Assembly: GCA_964634945.1 (NCBI GenBank)
Contig: CAZWMG010000001.1
Span: forward strand, 2,405-66,404
Length of the DNA: 64,000 nt
DNA from: an uncultured Planctomycetia bacterium
GTDB lineage: Bacteria; Omnitrophota; Gorgyraeia; JABMRG01
Direction of reading: 5' to 3'
Shown one piece after another: positions 27,660 to 37,538 of this stretch. How positions within the stretch are numbered: position 1 is the first letter of the stretch; every line of letters starts with the position of its first letter. Both the position numbers and the translations under genes were made by a program. Under the pieces are notes generated by a model. The model ran no database searches and was not told the origin of the DNA. It saw only the letters and a program-made list of their open reading frames with translations.

Positions 27660-29576
27660 TTAAAAGTAATTTTGCAAGAATCGTGATATGCGAGTAACGG
27701 GGGAGCCGTCGTTTACAGCATAGCTCCTACCGGAGTATTCCATCATAGGCCTTAACATAAATAGATTCTCTTTAGCGCGTGTCATAGCGACATATAAAAG
27801 CCTTCTCTCCTCTTCTATCGAGCTTTCATCGCCAAATGATTGATATGAGGGTATGTGCCCTTCAGCGACATAAATAATAAAGACGGTATGCCATTCAAGG
27901 CCTTTAGCGGAGTGGACTGTTGATAATACAACATGATCTTTACTCTTGTCGTATTTATTGGCGTGTACAATATCCTTTTCAGGGGGTTCCAGCGCGATAT
28001 CAGTTAGAAATGTCTCAAGGTTGTCATAGTCAGCGGCTATCTTTTCAAGGCTTTCAAGATCATTTACGCGCTTATGATAATCATCGTAACGCTCCTTAAA
28101 GACAGGCTCGTAATATTCACAGAATGTTTTATATATATCAAGCGGCTGTTGATCCCCCTTGTCTATCTTTTCAAGGATATCCATTAACTTAGTTATCCGG
28201 GTATATTTTTCTATGAGTTTCTTATCCGCGGGAGAACTCTTCTCATTCATTACAAGCGCGTTAAACAATCGCTCGCAGGTCTTTGGGCCTACGCCACGGG
28301 TAAGTGAGAGCACCCTCTGCCAGCTTATCTCATCGCGCCTATTATGCGCTACGCGCATATAAGAGATCATGTCTTTTATGTGCGCGCTCTCTACAAACTT
28401 TTGGCCGCCGTATTTTACAAAAGGTATCCTGTGTTTGGAGAGCTCTATCTCAAGCGCGTTTGAATGCCACCCAGCTCGAAATAGTATAGCTATATCAGAG
28501 AGTTCTATGCCTTCGTATTTAAGTTCTGTAATCTTTTCAACTATATAATTTACCTGTTCCGCTTCGTTTTCGGGGCTTAAGTATAGCGGATGATTACCTT
28601 TTTTCTTGTTTGAGAATAGATTTTTGTTAAAACCCTCTGTCGCCTCGCCGATTACTACATTTGTAAGATCGAGTATCGGCTGGACAGACCTGTAGTTTTC
28701 CTCGAGAGTAATGACCTTAGCGTCCTTGAATAGTTTAGGAAAATCCATTATGTTTCTGAAATTAGCGCCCCTGAAAGAGTATATGCTTTGAGAGTCATCG
28801 CCTACAGCCATTATGTTATTATGAGATGAAAGCAGGAGATATAGTATATCGGCCTGGAGCTTGTTGGTATCCTGATATTCATCAACCATTACATATCTGT
28901 ATCTTTGTGAGAGTTTTTCGCGTATATCGTTATTGGAGCGGAGAAGTTCCTTAAGATAGACCAAGAGATCGTCGTAATCAAGAAGGTTCATCTTAAGTTT
29001 ATATTCAACATACCTCTGTTTTATTGTCTTTACATCTGAGGCGTATTCCATGAAATGCGGATATTCCATATCAATTATCGATTCTATGCTCTCTGATGTA
29101 TTTACGCTCTTTGAAATTATATTAAGAAGGGCTTTTTTCTTAGGAAAGCGCTTATCAAAACTATCCAGACCCATTTTTTTGCGTATTGAATTTATACTGT
29201 TTTGCGCGTCTGTCTGGTCCATGATGGTAAAGCTTGGGGGTAGTCCTATGCAGGGGCCGTATCTTCTCAATACCATATTAGCAAAGCTATGAAATGTTCC
29301 ACCTGATACCGCGTGACAGCGGCTATCGAGTATAGAGCCTGCTCGTGAGAGCATCTCCTGGGCTGCTTTACGGGTAAATGTAAGAAGGAGTATCTCCTTA
29401 GGCTCGACACCGCTCTCAACAAGATGCGCTACGCGGTATACGAGGATACGGGTCTTGCCGCTGCCCGCACCCGCTATAACAAGGCATGGCCCTTCTTTTA
29501 AGCGGACCGCCTCAAGCTGTGCCGGGTTTAACGCGTCTTTGTAATCGATTTTTGCGGTCTCTGTTTCTATTTTCAT
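27660..29576 (-). CDS. UvrD/PcrA/Rep-family ATP-dependent DNA helicase
   Basis: Walker A AGAGSGKTRIL, motif II VMVDEYQDTN, and C-terminal LLYVAMTRAKENL. Confidence 0.85.
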   Translation of the reverse strand: MKIETETAKIDYKDALNPAQLEAVRLKEGPCLVIAGAGSGKTRILVYRVAHLVESGVEPKEILLLTFTRKAAQEMLSRAGSILDSRCHAVSGGTFHSFANMVLRRYGPCIGLPPSFTIMDQTDAQNSINSIRKKMGLDSFDKRFPKKKALLNIISKSVNTSESIESIIDMEYPHFMEYASDVKTIKQRYVEYKLKMNLLDYDDLLVYLKELLRSNNDIREKLSQRYRYVMVDEYQDTNKLQADILYLLLSSHNNIMAVGDDSQSIYSFRGANFRNIMDFPKLFKDAKVITLEENYRSVQPILDLTNVVIGEATEGFNKNLFSNKKKGNHPLYLSPENEAEQVNYIVEKITELKYEGIELSDIAILFRAGWHSNALEIELSKHRIPFVKYGGQKFVESAHIKDMISYMRVAHNRRDEISWQRVLSLTRGVGPKTCERLFNALVMNEKSSPADKKLIEKYTRITKLMDILEKIDKGDQQPLDIYKTFCEYYEPVFKERYDDYHKRVNDLESLEKIAADYDNLETFLTDIALEPPEKDIVHANKYDKSKDHVVLSTVHSAKGLEWHTVFIIYVAEGHIPSYQSFGDESSIEEERRLLYVAMTRAKENLFMLRPMMEYSGRSYAVNDGSPVTRISRFLQNYF

Positions 29577-29667
29577 TTTCTAATGCTTAAAGTTAATGTT
29601 CTGGGTTTTAAAAATTAGAATTTCGAATTTGTTTAGAATTTAGATATTAGTGTTTAGGATTTAACCA

Positions 29668-30450
29668 TTATAGATTATCGGGTACTTTTGGAAAGTCGCC
29701 CTTAAGTGCGTTTTCGATCATCGTTTTAATCTCGCTGCTAAAATCTGAACTGAGTATCCATTCAAGGTAATTACGGTCACTTTTGGCAATAGCCTTTATA
29801 TGCTTTTTCTTTCTATATTTACCAAACATAGGGTATAGGTTTTTGTTCCACCAGCAGAATTTTCGCTCGCTGTCGAAATAAGCGCTCGACTGTTCATAAT
29901 CAAAGTCTCTCAATGATATTATCCCCTCATCCTGCTTACCGTATTTTGTTACCTGAGCATCGAGTATTTCAAGAGTCGCCTCCGCGTCACCTAATGCGGA
30001 ATGAGCATTAGTGAGTTCTTTATCACAGTATAGCTGATAAGCTGCCATGAGGTCCCTCTTTTCATGGATATGATATATCTTTTGCGCGTCATAGATATCA
30101 CGTTCTTTCCAGTGAAAACTAATCCCAGCCTCAAAAAATTCACGCTCAAGTACCGGGATGTCAAACCTCTGTATATTAAAACCGCCAAGGTCTGAATCTC
30201 CGATAAAATCCAGGACCTCTTTAGCTATATCCTTAAAAGGCGGCGCGTCTTTTAAGTCATCGTCAGTAATACCTATAATGCGTATAACATTGATTGGTAT
30301 GGGTATGCCCGGATTGACGCGCTTGACATAATCGTGCCTAGTGCCATCAGGCATGATTTTTATCATGCCTATTTCGACTATCTTATCTCTCTCGACCCAG
30401 ATGCCGGTTGTCTCGAGATCAAATACAACTAAAGGTTTTTTTGTGTTCAT
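29668..30450 (-). CDS. DEDDh 3'-5' exonuclease (DnaQ/epsilon-like) with a C-terminal extension
   Basis: Exo I VVFDLETTG, Exo II, and Exo III HSALGDAEAT. Confidence 0.75.
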   Translation of the reverse strand: MNTKKPLVVFDLETTGIWVERDKIVEIGMIKIMPDGTRHDYVKRVNPGIPIPINVIRIIGITDDDLKDAPPFKDIAKEVLDFIGDSDLGGFNIQRFDIPVLEREFFEAGISFHWKERDIYDAQKIYHIHEKRDLMAAYQLYCDKELTNAHSALGDAEATLEILDAQVTKYGKQDEGIISLRDFDYEQSSAYFDSERKFCWWNKNLYPMFGKYRKKKHIKAIAKSDRNYLEWILSSDFSSEIKTMIENALKGDFPKVPDNL

Positions 30451-30464
30451 AATTTATAATGGGC

Positions 30465-31232
30465 TTATATCAGTTCAATATCCGTCTTTTTTACCCAACC
30501 CTGTTTACCATCTGAACGCTTTATCTTGAAGTATTCGCCGTTTGTAGCGATTACCTGGACTTCCTCTCCTTCGTAGAGCGTGAAAAAGGTCGTGGCGTTA
30601 TCAAGCGGCTCGAACTTGGAATCTGTCTCTCTTTTAATTACTATCGCGTCTTTCCTGGTAACTTCGGCTCTAAATTTTACGGCAAATATCGTAAGAGAGC
30701 CCGCGAGCATAATTGTTATAAGGATATAAAGAAATATGAATGTTTTTTTGAATAGTTTCAGATATAGTCCGGTTATTATTACGACGCATAAGAGGATATA
30801 TAGAAAAATTGATATTGATGTAATCTTGTTAAGGCTAAAGAGGCTTGTAAGCTTCAGAAAGCTACGTATAAGCCAGGGCTTTTTTATGCTTATAAGCCCA
30901 CCCTGAATAAGTGATCGTGCGTATGCTAAGTTGGACCTTATGTCCGGGTCCCCGGGATTAATCTTGCTTGCCCGCAGATAGCATATTATGGCTTTTCCAA
31001 GATTGCCGTTCTTAAAATACGTGTTGCCGAGATTATAGTATAACGGACTGCTCTCAAAGCCGCAGTTTAGGGCTTTATTATAGGAGTCTATGGCATCTTG
31101 AAGATTATTATCACTATAATAAATATTGCCCTGATAGAATAATTCCCTTAAGCCGTCTTTATCGTCCGCGTAGGAAAATCCAACAAAGAGAAACAGAAAT
31201 ACGGATAGCGTTACCAGAAAGCGTCTCATCAT
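30465..31232 (-). CDS. BatE-like TPR + SH3b-domain membrane protein
   Basis: N-terminal TPRs (YYNLGNTYFKNGNLGKAIICYLRASKINP), TM helices, and a C-terminal SH3_3-like segment (GEEVQVIATNGEYFKIKRSDGKQGWV). Last gene of the Bat operon. Confidence 0.6.
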   Translation of the reverse strand: MMRRFLVTLSVFLFLFVGFSYADDKDGLRELFYQGNIYYSDNNLQDAIDSYNKALNCGFESSPLYYNLGNTYFKNGNLGKAIICYLRASKINPGDPDIRSNLAYARSLIQGGLISIKKPWLIRSFLKLTSLFSLNKITSISIFLYILLCVVIITGLYLKLFKKTFIFLYILITIMLAGSLTIFAVKFRAEVTRKDAIVIKRETDSKFEPLDNATTFFTLYEGEEVQVIATNGEYFKIKRSDGKQGWVKKTDIELI

Positions 31233-33085
31233 GTTTTTATCTTTCCCATCTTAGAAATAATATTCTCAAGCATCTTAAAGGTGCTCTTTACCTCTTCTTC
31301 CTGGATAGCCGATGGCGCGTAACGCGATCTGTCACACATATTAAAGCAAGCTTTTAATTCATCCAATATATCGGGATTTACGTCCCGCGCTTTAAGCTTC
31401 TCTATTACATCCGATGATATGCCCGCTGTTGAAAGGTGGAACTTGTCGCCGATATACTCCTGCAAGGTCTTAAAAACAGCGTCATAAAACTTGGATTTGT
31501 CTTTAGCGTTGAGTAGGCTGGCAACTTTTATCAGGTTCTGTTTTGCTTTGCGAGGTGCCGCTATGCTGCGCGCGTAACGCACATCCAGGGCAAGATAATG
31601 TTTTCTGGCCTGCGTGATAATAGTTAAGATAACAGCCAGTGCCGGCAGAAATAGCAAGACCAGTAAAAGCTCATTTTTGCAAAGCAGGGCGCCTTTTCTG
31701 TATACAATGCCCGGGTTTTCTTTAAGATATACTATATCCTTGCCAAAGGTCTCTACTCTTTTCATCTTCTCGGTAGAGTCTTTGGACATTTCGAATACCT
31801 TTAGCTCCCGGCCTTTTTCTAATGGCGTGACATTAATGGGTACAGCGGCGGTTGTAATAGTCTTATATGTTTTTGTATTTGTGTTAAAGAAGCTGAAACT
31901 TATTGGTGGTATCTGTGTTATCTTATCATTTCTGGGCACTACGACCTGCTTAAATACCTTTGATCTCGCCTCCTGCGTGATCTCAGGCTCATATGTCTTA
32001 AACGGCTCTGTTGTCTTAATAGTTGGTGGATTTACTGTATTGAAATTCCCTGTTCCGGTGACTGTCATGGTCAAGGTTATGGGATCGCCAACCTGAACAT
32101 CTTTAGGGCTGATTCCCAACTTAAAATTAAAGTTTCCCAGCGCGCCATTGAAAGACTCAGGCTTACCATCTTCAGGCAGCGCCATAATAGTAATAGGCAC
32201 GCTTATTGATTTGACGATTACGGGATACTTTTCATATTGCCCAAAGAAGTTACCAAAAATATTAGAACCAAAGAAGCTGTCGTCAAGAGGAGATGAGCCC
32301 CTCCTCTTGTTTTGCCTTGAACGCGTAACAACATTACAGCTTACCTCAGTAGGTTTTAGCTTGAATTCACCGGGGTAGAGGCCATATATATCTGTGCTAA
32401 AATCTATGACATTATAAGCTATGCCGTTTAAGGCCTCTTTGTATTGTTTGGGTTGAGCGAACTTATCTACAAGAAAGGCGCTATTATCAATAAGCGGGAA
32501 CTCGATATCTCGCACAGAAAGGTTGCTTATGTATAGCTTTATAGTCGCGTGTATCTTCTCATTCACATAGGCATTATCTTTTGACAGGTTAATTGTCATA
32601 AACAACTTATCATCAAGTACTTTTTCGCTCCTTTGTTGGGCCCGGTTATCTCCTATTTGGGGTTGGCTTTGACCTGATGAAGAAGAAACGGCCCTTATTT
32701 GTATTGCCTCCGATGAGTAGGTTTTGCTGTTATATTCTATAGATAGTGATGGGATAGTCAGGTTGCCTGTCTTTTCGGGCACAATAAAATAAGTATGCGT
32801 TACGGACCTCTCAACTCGTCCATTGACCATTGACATGAAGGTAGACGGCCCTATGTAGCGCCATTTAAAATTTGGGATATCGGGTATGGTCGGGACATTG
32901 ATATCCTGCATACCGGTAAAAACGAGGCTAAGCTCTGTACCTGAACCTACTTGAACAACATTGTTATCTACCGTCGCCTCAAAGCTTGTCTCTTTAGCGA
33001 ATGATATGCCTGTGCATAAAAAAATACCGCACGATATTACTAAAAACGATTTCACAGCGTAGTTATTTTTGAATGCTCTCATCAT
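31229..33085 (-). CDS. BatD-like large secreted/membrane-anchored protein
   Basis: 618 aa with a signal peptide and a C-terminal TM. Sits between BatC-like and BatE-like genes, as in canonical Bat operons. Confidence 0.55.
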   Translation of the reverse strand: MMRAFKNNYAVKSFLVISCGIFLCTGISFAKETSFEATVDNNVVQVGSGTELSLVFTGMQDINVPTIPDIPNFKWRYIGPSTFMSMVNGRVERSVTHTYFIVPEKTGNLTIPSLSIEYNSKTYSSEAIQIRAVSSSSGQSQPQIGDNRAQQRSEKVLDDKLFMTINLSKDNAYVNEKIHATIKLYISNLSVRDIEFPLIDNSAFLVDKFAQPKQYKEALNGIAYNVIDFSTDIYGLYPGEFKLKPTEVSCNVVTRSRQNKRRGSSPLDDSFFGSNIFGNFFGQYEKYPVIVKSISVPITIMALPEDGKPESFNGALGNFNFKLGISPKDVQVGDPITLTMTVTGTGNFNTVNPPTIKTTEPFKTYEPEITQEARSKVFKQVVVPRNDKITQIPPISFSFFNTNTKTYKTITTAAVPINVTPLEKGRELKVFEMSKDSTEKMKRVETFGKDIVYLKENPGIVYRKGALLCKNELLLVLLFLPALAVILTIITQARKHYLALDVRYARSIAAPRKAKQNLIKVASLLNAKDKSKFYDAVFKTLQEYIGDKFHLSTAGISSDVIEKLKARDVNPDILDELKACFNMCDRSRYAPSAIQEEEVKSTFKMLENIISKMGKIKT

Positions 33086-33140
33086 ATGTTAAAACCTTTG
33101 TAACATTTGCAACCTATGCAACCTATGCAACATCAGAAAA

Positions 33141-34118
33141 CTACCAGTCCTTGTCAACATCCGGCATATTGCCGGTCTCAATCTTCTGCTTATATAGCCC
33201 TTTTGGTTCTTCATCATGGCGATAATTATCTAGGAGCATGGATGCCTGTCTGGCTGACATCTCTTCCTGTTTTTTATCTTGCCCCTTGCCCCTTGCCCCT
33301 TGTGCTTTTTGTTCCTGTTGCTCTTGCCCCTCTTTATCTTGTTCCTTGCCCCCTGTGTCCCGTGCCTCTTCTTGTTGCTTCTCTTTCTCTTGCTCCTTGT
33401 CCTTTTCGCCTTGTTGCTGGTCTTGTTTTTTGTCTTCTTGTTTGTCCTGCTTGTTTTGTTTTTTCTTATCTTGTTGCTCTTGGTCGTTCTCCTGCTCTTG
33501 CTTCTCTTCCTGGTCCTTGTCCCTTGCGTCTTGTGTCTTTTGTTGCTGTCGATCCTGTTGTTTATCTCCTTGGTCTTTCTGGTCTTTTTTCTCGTCCCCC
33601 TGCGGTTGAGTCTTCTCCTGCTGTTTTTGCTTTTCCTGGAGGCGCTTGAGTTCTTTTTTTACATATTCATAATTAAATATAGCATCTTTATCTTCCTTGT
33701 CAAGCTCTAAAGCCTTCTCGTAATGCCTTATAGATTCAATAAGAAGATCAATAGCCTCTTGCAGATTAGACTCCTCTTTAGACGCCCCATACATGTATTC
33801 GGAATTGGCCAGGTTGTATGATGTCTGTTGACTTAAATCTTCATCTTCACCGGTCTCATCCGTCAATGCGCGATTGAAGAAATTAACTGCTTTTTCATAA
33901 TCATTTAATTTATACGCGGCTGCGCCTATATTATAATTGACTATACCTGAATTAGGATCAGCGGATGACGCTTTCTCATAGTGAGCAAGTGATTCCTTGA
34001 ATTCGCCCTTATCGTAAAGAAGATTACCCTTCTTTACCTCTTTTTTGGCGCTTCCCTTAGCATAGCAGGGCATAGCTACGATCAGCATCAATATAGTTAT
34101 TAGTGCGATATTTTTCAT
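33141..34118 (-). CDS. BatC-like TPR protein with a long K/E/Q/D-rich low-complexity tail
   Basis: Signal peptide and TPRs (YNIGAAAYKLNDYEKAVNFFNRAL). About 170 aa of QEKQKQQEK.../KDQ repeats. Confidence 0.6.
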   Translation of the reverse strand: MKNIALITILMLIVAMPCYAKGSAKKEVKKGNLLYDKGEFKESLAHYEKASSADPNSGIVNYNIGAAAYKLNDYEKAVNFFNRALTDETGEDEDLSQQTSYNLANSEYMYGASKEESNLQEAIDLLIESIRHYEKALELDKEDKDAIFNYEYVKKELKRLQEKQKQQEKTQPQGDEKKDQKDQGDKQQDRQQQKTQDARDKDQEEKQEQENDQEQQDKKKQNKQDKQEDKKQDQQQGEKDKEQEKEKQQEEARDTGGKEQDKEGQEQQEQKAQGARGKGQDKKQEEMSARQASMLLDNYRHDEEPKGLYKQKIETGNMPDVDKDW

Positions 34119-35122
34119 CTTGAGTTTTTGTTTGTTATTATCATTTCCATCAATAAAAGTATCAGCGCGATCGCCAGAGGTATCTGAAAACGCTCAAAAT
34201 ATATCTTATCCATTTTTGCTTTTACATCCCTACGCTCCATGGCAGAGAGTTTCTTATCATATATAATATCTAACCCAAAATCAGCGCCGCTTGAACGTAC
34301 ATACATGCCATTAGTAGCTACGGCAAGCTGTTTGAGCACGGTCTCGTTGAGCCTTGTCTTTATTATGTCGCCTTTTAAGTCTTTTAGGAATCTCCTCTTT
34401 CCGTTTCTGTCAGCTATCTGAATAAGATCACCTTCGGTTGTGCCAATGCCTATACAAAATATCCGTATATTTTTCTTTGCCGCCTCATCCGCTGTTTTTA
34501 CGGGGTCTCCTTCATGGTCCTCGCCATCCGTGATGAGGATTAGGATCTTATATTTGTTTTTAGCGTTCTCGCCTTCATAGCTGTTCATGGCAACCCTGAT
34601 AGCGCTTGATATGGATGTGCCGCCCCTTGGGATAGAAGTAGTGGTTAGATCATCAAGTGCCATCACAAAACCATTATAATCTGATGTTAAGGGGCATTGT
34701 AAAAAAGCTGTGCCTGAAAAAGCGATGAGTCCGACTCTATCGCCTTTTAGTTTTTTAAGCAGGTCTTTGACAGCGAGTTTCGATCTTTCTAATCTGTTAG
34801 GCTTCACATCTACCGCTAGCATACTCTTTGATGTGTCTATCGCTATGAGGATATCAAGGCTCTTCCTGTTTACCTTCTGCCATTTGAACCCCCATTGAGG
34901 CCGCATAAGCGCCAACAGGCAAAAGACAAATACCATTACGAGCAAAACATTTTTTATTATCTGTTTTTTTCTATTTAAGGAGCCCGCTATCTCTGAAAGG
35001 AGTTGTTTCTCAGCGAATCTGCGCATTAGCGCCTGTCTTAGCTTGAATGACCATACAAAAAAAAGCGCTAGAGCCAGGATAACCCAGAAATAGACACTAA
35101 TATAAAGGTTCGCGAATCTCAT
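34115..35122 (-). CDS. BatB-like von Willebrand factor A (vWA) domain membrane protein
   Basis: Two N-terminal TM helices and a vWA MIDAS motif (DTSKSM...). Confidence 0.7.
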   Translation of the reverse strand: MRFANLYISVYFWVILALALFFVWSFKLRQALMRRFAEKQLLSEIAGSLNRKKQIIKNVLLVMVFVFCLLALMRPQWGFKWQKVNRKSLDILIAIDTSKSMLAVDVKPNRLERSKLAVKDLLKKLKGDRVGLIAFSGTAFLQCPLTSDYNGFVMALDDLTTTSIPRGGTSISSAIRVAMNSYEGENAKNKYKILILITDGEDHEGDPVKTADEAAKKNIRIFCIGIGTTEGDLIQIADRNGKRRFLKDLKGDIIKTRLNETVLKQLAVATNGMYVRSSGADFGLDIIYDKKLSAMERRDVKAKMDKIYFERFQIPLAIALILLLMEMIITNKNSR

Positions 35123-35129
35123 ATTACCC

Positions 35130-36125
35130 TTATGGTAACCTCCTTAAGAACGTGTTGGATAGTATGATCTCTAACAATAAAAGCATAAGCGCTATTATCA
35201 GAAAGAGAGGGAAAAGTTCGGCATAACGTGTAAAGCCCACATCTTCGACAGGGGTCTTTTCAAGGGCATCTATCTCTTTGTATATCTGCGTCAATGATTT
35301 TGTATCAGTTGCCCTGTAGTATTTACCATTAGTCTCTTTAGCTATCTCTTTTAATGTATCTTCATCTATCTCAATCTCGACATTTCTATAAACTATCTCG
35401 CCCCAGGCGGCCCTTACCGGATATGGGGCCACTCCTTTAGCGCCTGCGCCAACTGTATATATCTTTACGCCTAATGATTTGGCGGCCTCTGCCGCGACAA
35501 AAGGCGATACCCTGCCGGCGTTATTTACCCCATCTGTTAAGAGTATGATTATCTTGCTCTTTGCCCGGCTCTCTCTTAGCCTGTTAAGGGATGACATTAT
35601 CGCGGATCCTATGGCTGTACCATCTTCTATGTCACCGATACGTATCCTATCAAGGTTCTTTACAAGCCATGGGTAATCAAGAGTTAAAGGACATACCGTA
35701 TAAGCTCGGGCAGCAAAAGCTACAATGCCTATCTTGTCATTGGTTCTCATACCGATAAAATCCTGCGCGACTTTTTTGACAACGACCAGCCTGTTCTGGC
35801 GCTTGTTATTTAATTTGAAATCTTCAGCAAGCATACTGCTTGAACAGTCTATTGCCAGGACTATATCTATGCCTTCGGCTTGAATCTTAGCGTTCTCAAT
35901 AGGTGATGATGGCCTTGCCAATGCTATCAGGAATAGGCAGATCGCTCCAAGCCGCAGCCACAAGAGGGCCTTTATGCCGATTAGCTTAAGGGTTATTTTT
36001 GGATTGTTTATGATCTCAAGCGAGGAGAACCTAATGTTAGCGGTTTTGGATTTTTTTGATAAGTAAAGGGCCCCCGCTAATATGAAAGGGATAAGAAAGA
36101 GTACCCAAAAATCACGAAATATCAT
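35130..36125 (-). CDS. BatA-like vWA-domain membrane protein
   Basis: N-terminal TM helices and a vWA MIDAS motif (DCSSSM). C-terminal TM. Confidence 0.7.
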   Translation of the reverse strand: MIFRDFWVLFLIPFILAGALYLSKKSKTANIRFSSLEIINNPKITLKLIGIKALLWLRLGAICLFLIALARPSSPIENAKIQAEGIDIVLAIDCSSSMLAEDFKLNNKRQNRLVVVKKVAQDFIGMRTNDKIGIVAFAARAYTVCPLTLDYPWLVKNLDRIRIGDIEDGTAIGSAIMSSLNRLRESRAKSKIIILLTDGVNNAGRVSPFVAAEAAKSLGVKIYTVGAGAKGVAPYPVRAAWGEIVYRNVEIEIDEDTLKEIAKETNGKYYRATDTKSLTQIYKEIDALEKTPVEDVGFTRYAELFPLFLIIALMLLLLEIILSNTFLRRLP

Positions 36126-36658
36126 TCTTTGACAACCTTCTGCTCATCTTCAAGCTTTGTTTCATCAACGAGCTTTTTTGCTATGTTAAAACTTGTCTCT
36201 ATCTCTTCTTTATTTGGCCCATATTTGGCGAATTTCACAAGATCGCACTGATTTAAGAATTCTTTAATGATATTTTTCTGTACGTCCGTTAGGATATCAG
36301 AGTCTTTAAGGGAATATAAAAACTCCTCCGTAGTCATCTCGGGCGCTTTTAAGAAAAACCTATTCTCAATATAGGTACGCGCTATCTTTGATAGTTCAAA
36401 GTAATATTCTTTAGCCCTGCCCTTGTCAGGAAGGTTGCGCGATCTTAGGTTATCCAAGGCCTCATAGGCTATTTCATGTGGCTTCTTTATAGGCGCTAGA
36501 TGCTTGGACCTTATTAAGTCCGTTCGTTTTTTTAATATGCGCATTACGACATATACAAGTATGGCCACAATAATTACCGCTAGGATAATTATAAGTAGGA
36601 TATAACTTGTCTGAAAACTAAGAGGTGGCTTTATATCTTTTAAAACCGCGTTGTCCAT
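36122..36658 (-). CDS. hypothetical single-TM protein of the Bat operon (DUF4381-like position)
   Basis: 178 aa with one TM (YILLIIILAVIIVAILVYVV). The stop/start codons are coupled with both neighbours. Confidence 0.4.
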   Translation of the reverse strand: MDNAVLKDIKPPLSFQTSYILLIIILAVIIVAILVYVVMRILKKRTDLIRSKHLAPIKKPHEIAYEALDNLRSRNLPDKGRAKEYYFELSKIARTYIENRFFLKAPEMTTEEFLYSLKDSDILTDVQKNIIKEFLNQCDLVKFAKYGPNKEEIETSFNIAKKLVDETKLEDEQKVVKE

Positions 36659-36659
36659 C

Positions 36660-37538
36660 TTATGATAGCCTCTTTCTACGCATCTTAAAGAACCTTATAA
36701 GTTCTTTTGTGTAAGAGGAATTAGTGTATATGTCAATATTATCTATACCCGCGCCGCGAAGCAGTTCCTTGCGTTTTTGAAGCCTTTCCAAGGCACTATG
36801 CGTGTAGCTAGCGCGAAAACTCTTATCGCTGGTATCGATTGTGCGGTCCCGGACTGATTCCGCGTCATTTAACTTTATCAGGCCAACATCAGGCATATCG
36901 ACTTCACGGGGGTCTGTAATAGTAACAGCTATAACATCGTGACGCTTATTTGTTACGGATAGCCGCTTTTTGAAATCATCATCAAAAAAATCTGATATCA
37001 AAAATGTTATGGCCCTGCGTTTAATAACCCTGCTTAGATATTCGAGGGCAAGAGAGATATTAGTGCCCTTGCCTTCAGGCTTAAAGTATAGCGCCTCTCT
37101 TATTACTCTTAGGACATGCTTAAGGCCTTTATGGGGCGGTACAAATTTCTCTATCCTGTCAGTAAAGACAATAAGTCCAACCTTGTCATTATTTTGTGTC
37201 GCGGAAAACGCCAACACTGAAGAGAGCTCAGCGGCTATCTGGCTTTTAAGCTGTTGGGTAGACCCGAATTTGCAGGACATTGACGCGTCTAGCAGTATCA
37301 TCACTGTCAATTCTCTCTCTTCGACAAACTTCTTTATATGGGGAAGTCCTGTACGAGCGGTAACGTTCCAATCGATGCTTTGGATATCATCACCGGGCAT
37401 ATACTCTCTTACCTCGTCAAATTCCATGCCCTTGCCCTTGAATACGCTATGGTATTGCCCGGCAAAGAGATCCGTTACCATGCGGGACGTGGTAATCTGG
37501 ATCTTTCGTATCTTCTTAAGGACTTCCTTGGGTATCAT
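36660..37538 (-). CDS. DUF58-domain protein (MoxR partner, vWA-like)
   Basis: REYMPGDDIQSIDWNVTARTGLPHIKKFVEERE, the DUF58 signature. Confidence 0.7.
   Translation of the reverse strand: MIPKEVLKKIRKIQITTSRMVTDLFAGQYHSVFKGKGMEFDEVREYMPGDDIQSIDWNVTARTGLPHIKKFVEERELTVMILLDASMSCKFGSTQQLKSQIAAELSSVLAFSATQNNDKVGLIVFTDRIEKFVPPHKGLKHVLRVIREALYFKPEGKGTNISLALEYLSRVIKRRAITFLISDFFDDDFKKRLSVTNKRHDVIAVTITDPREVDMPDVGLIKLNDAESVRDRTIDTSDKSFRASYTHSALERLQKRKELLRGAGIDNIDIYTNSSYTKELIRFFKMRRKRLS

Noticed and set aside
33107-33710. Three overlapping plus-strand ORFs (180, 123 and 143 aa) rich in Cys/Leu/Pro
   Set aside because: They are antisense read-through of the BatC KEQD low-complexity tail, and low-complexity DNA lacks stops in several frames. 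They show no start context and no plausible protein character.
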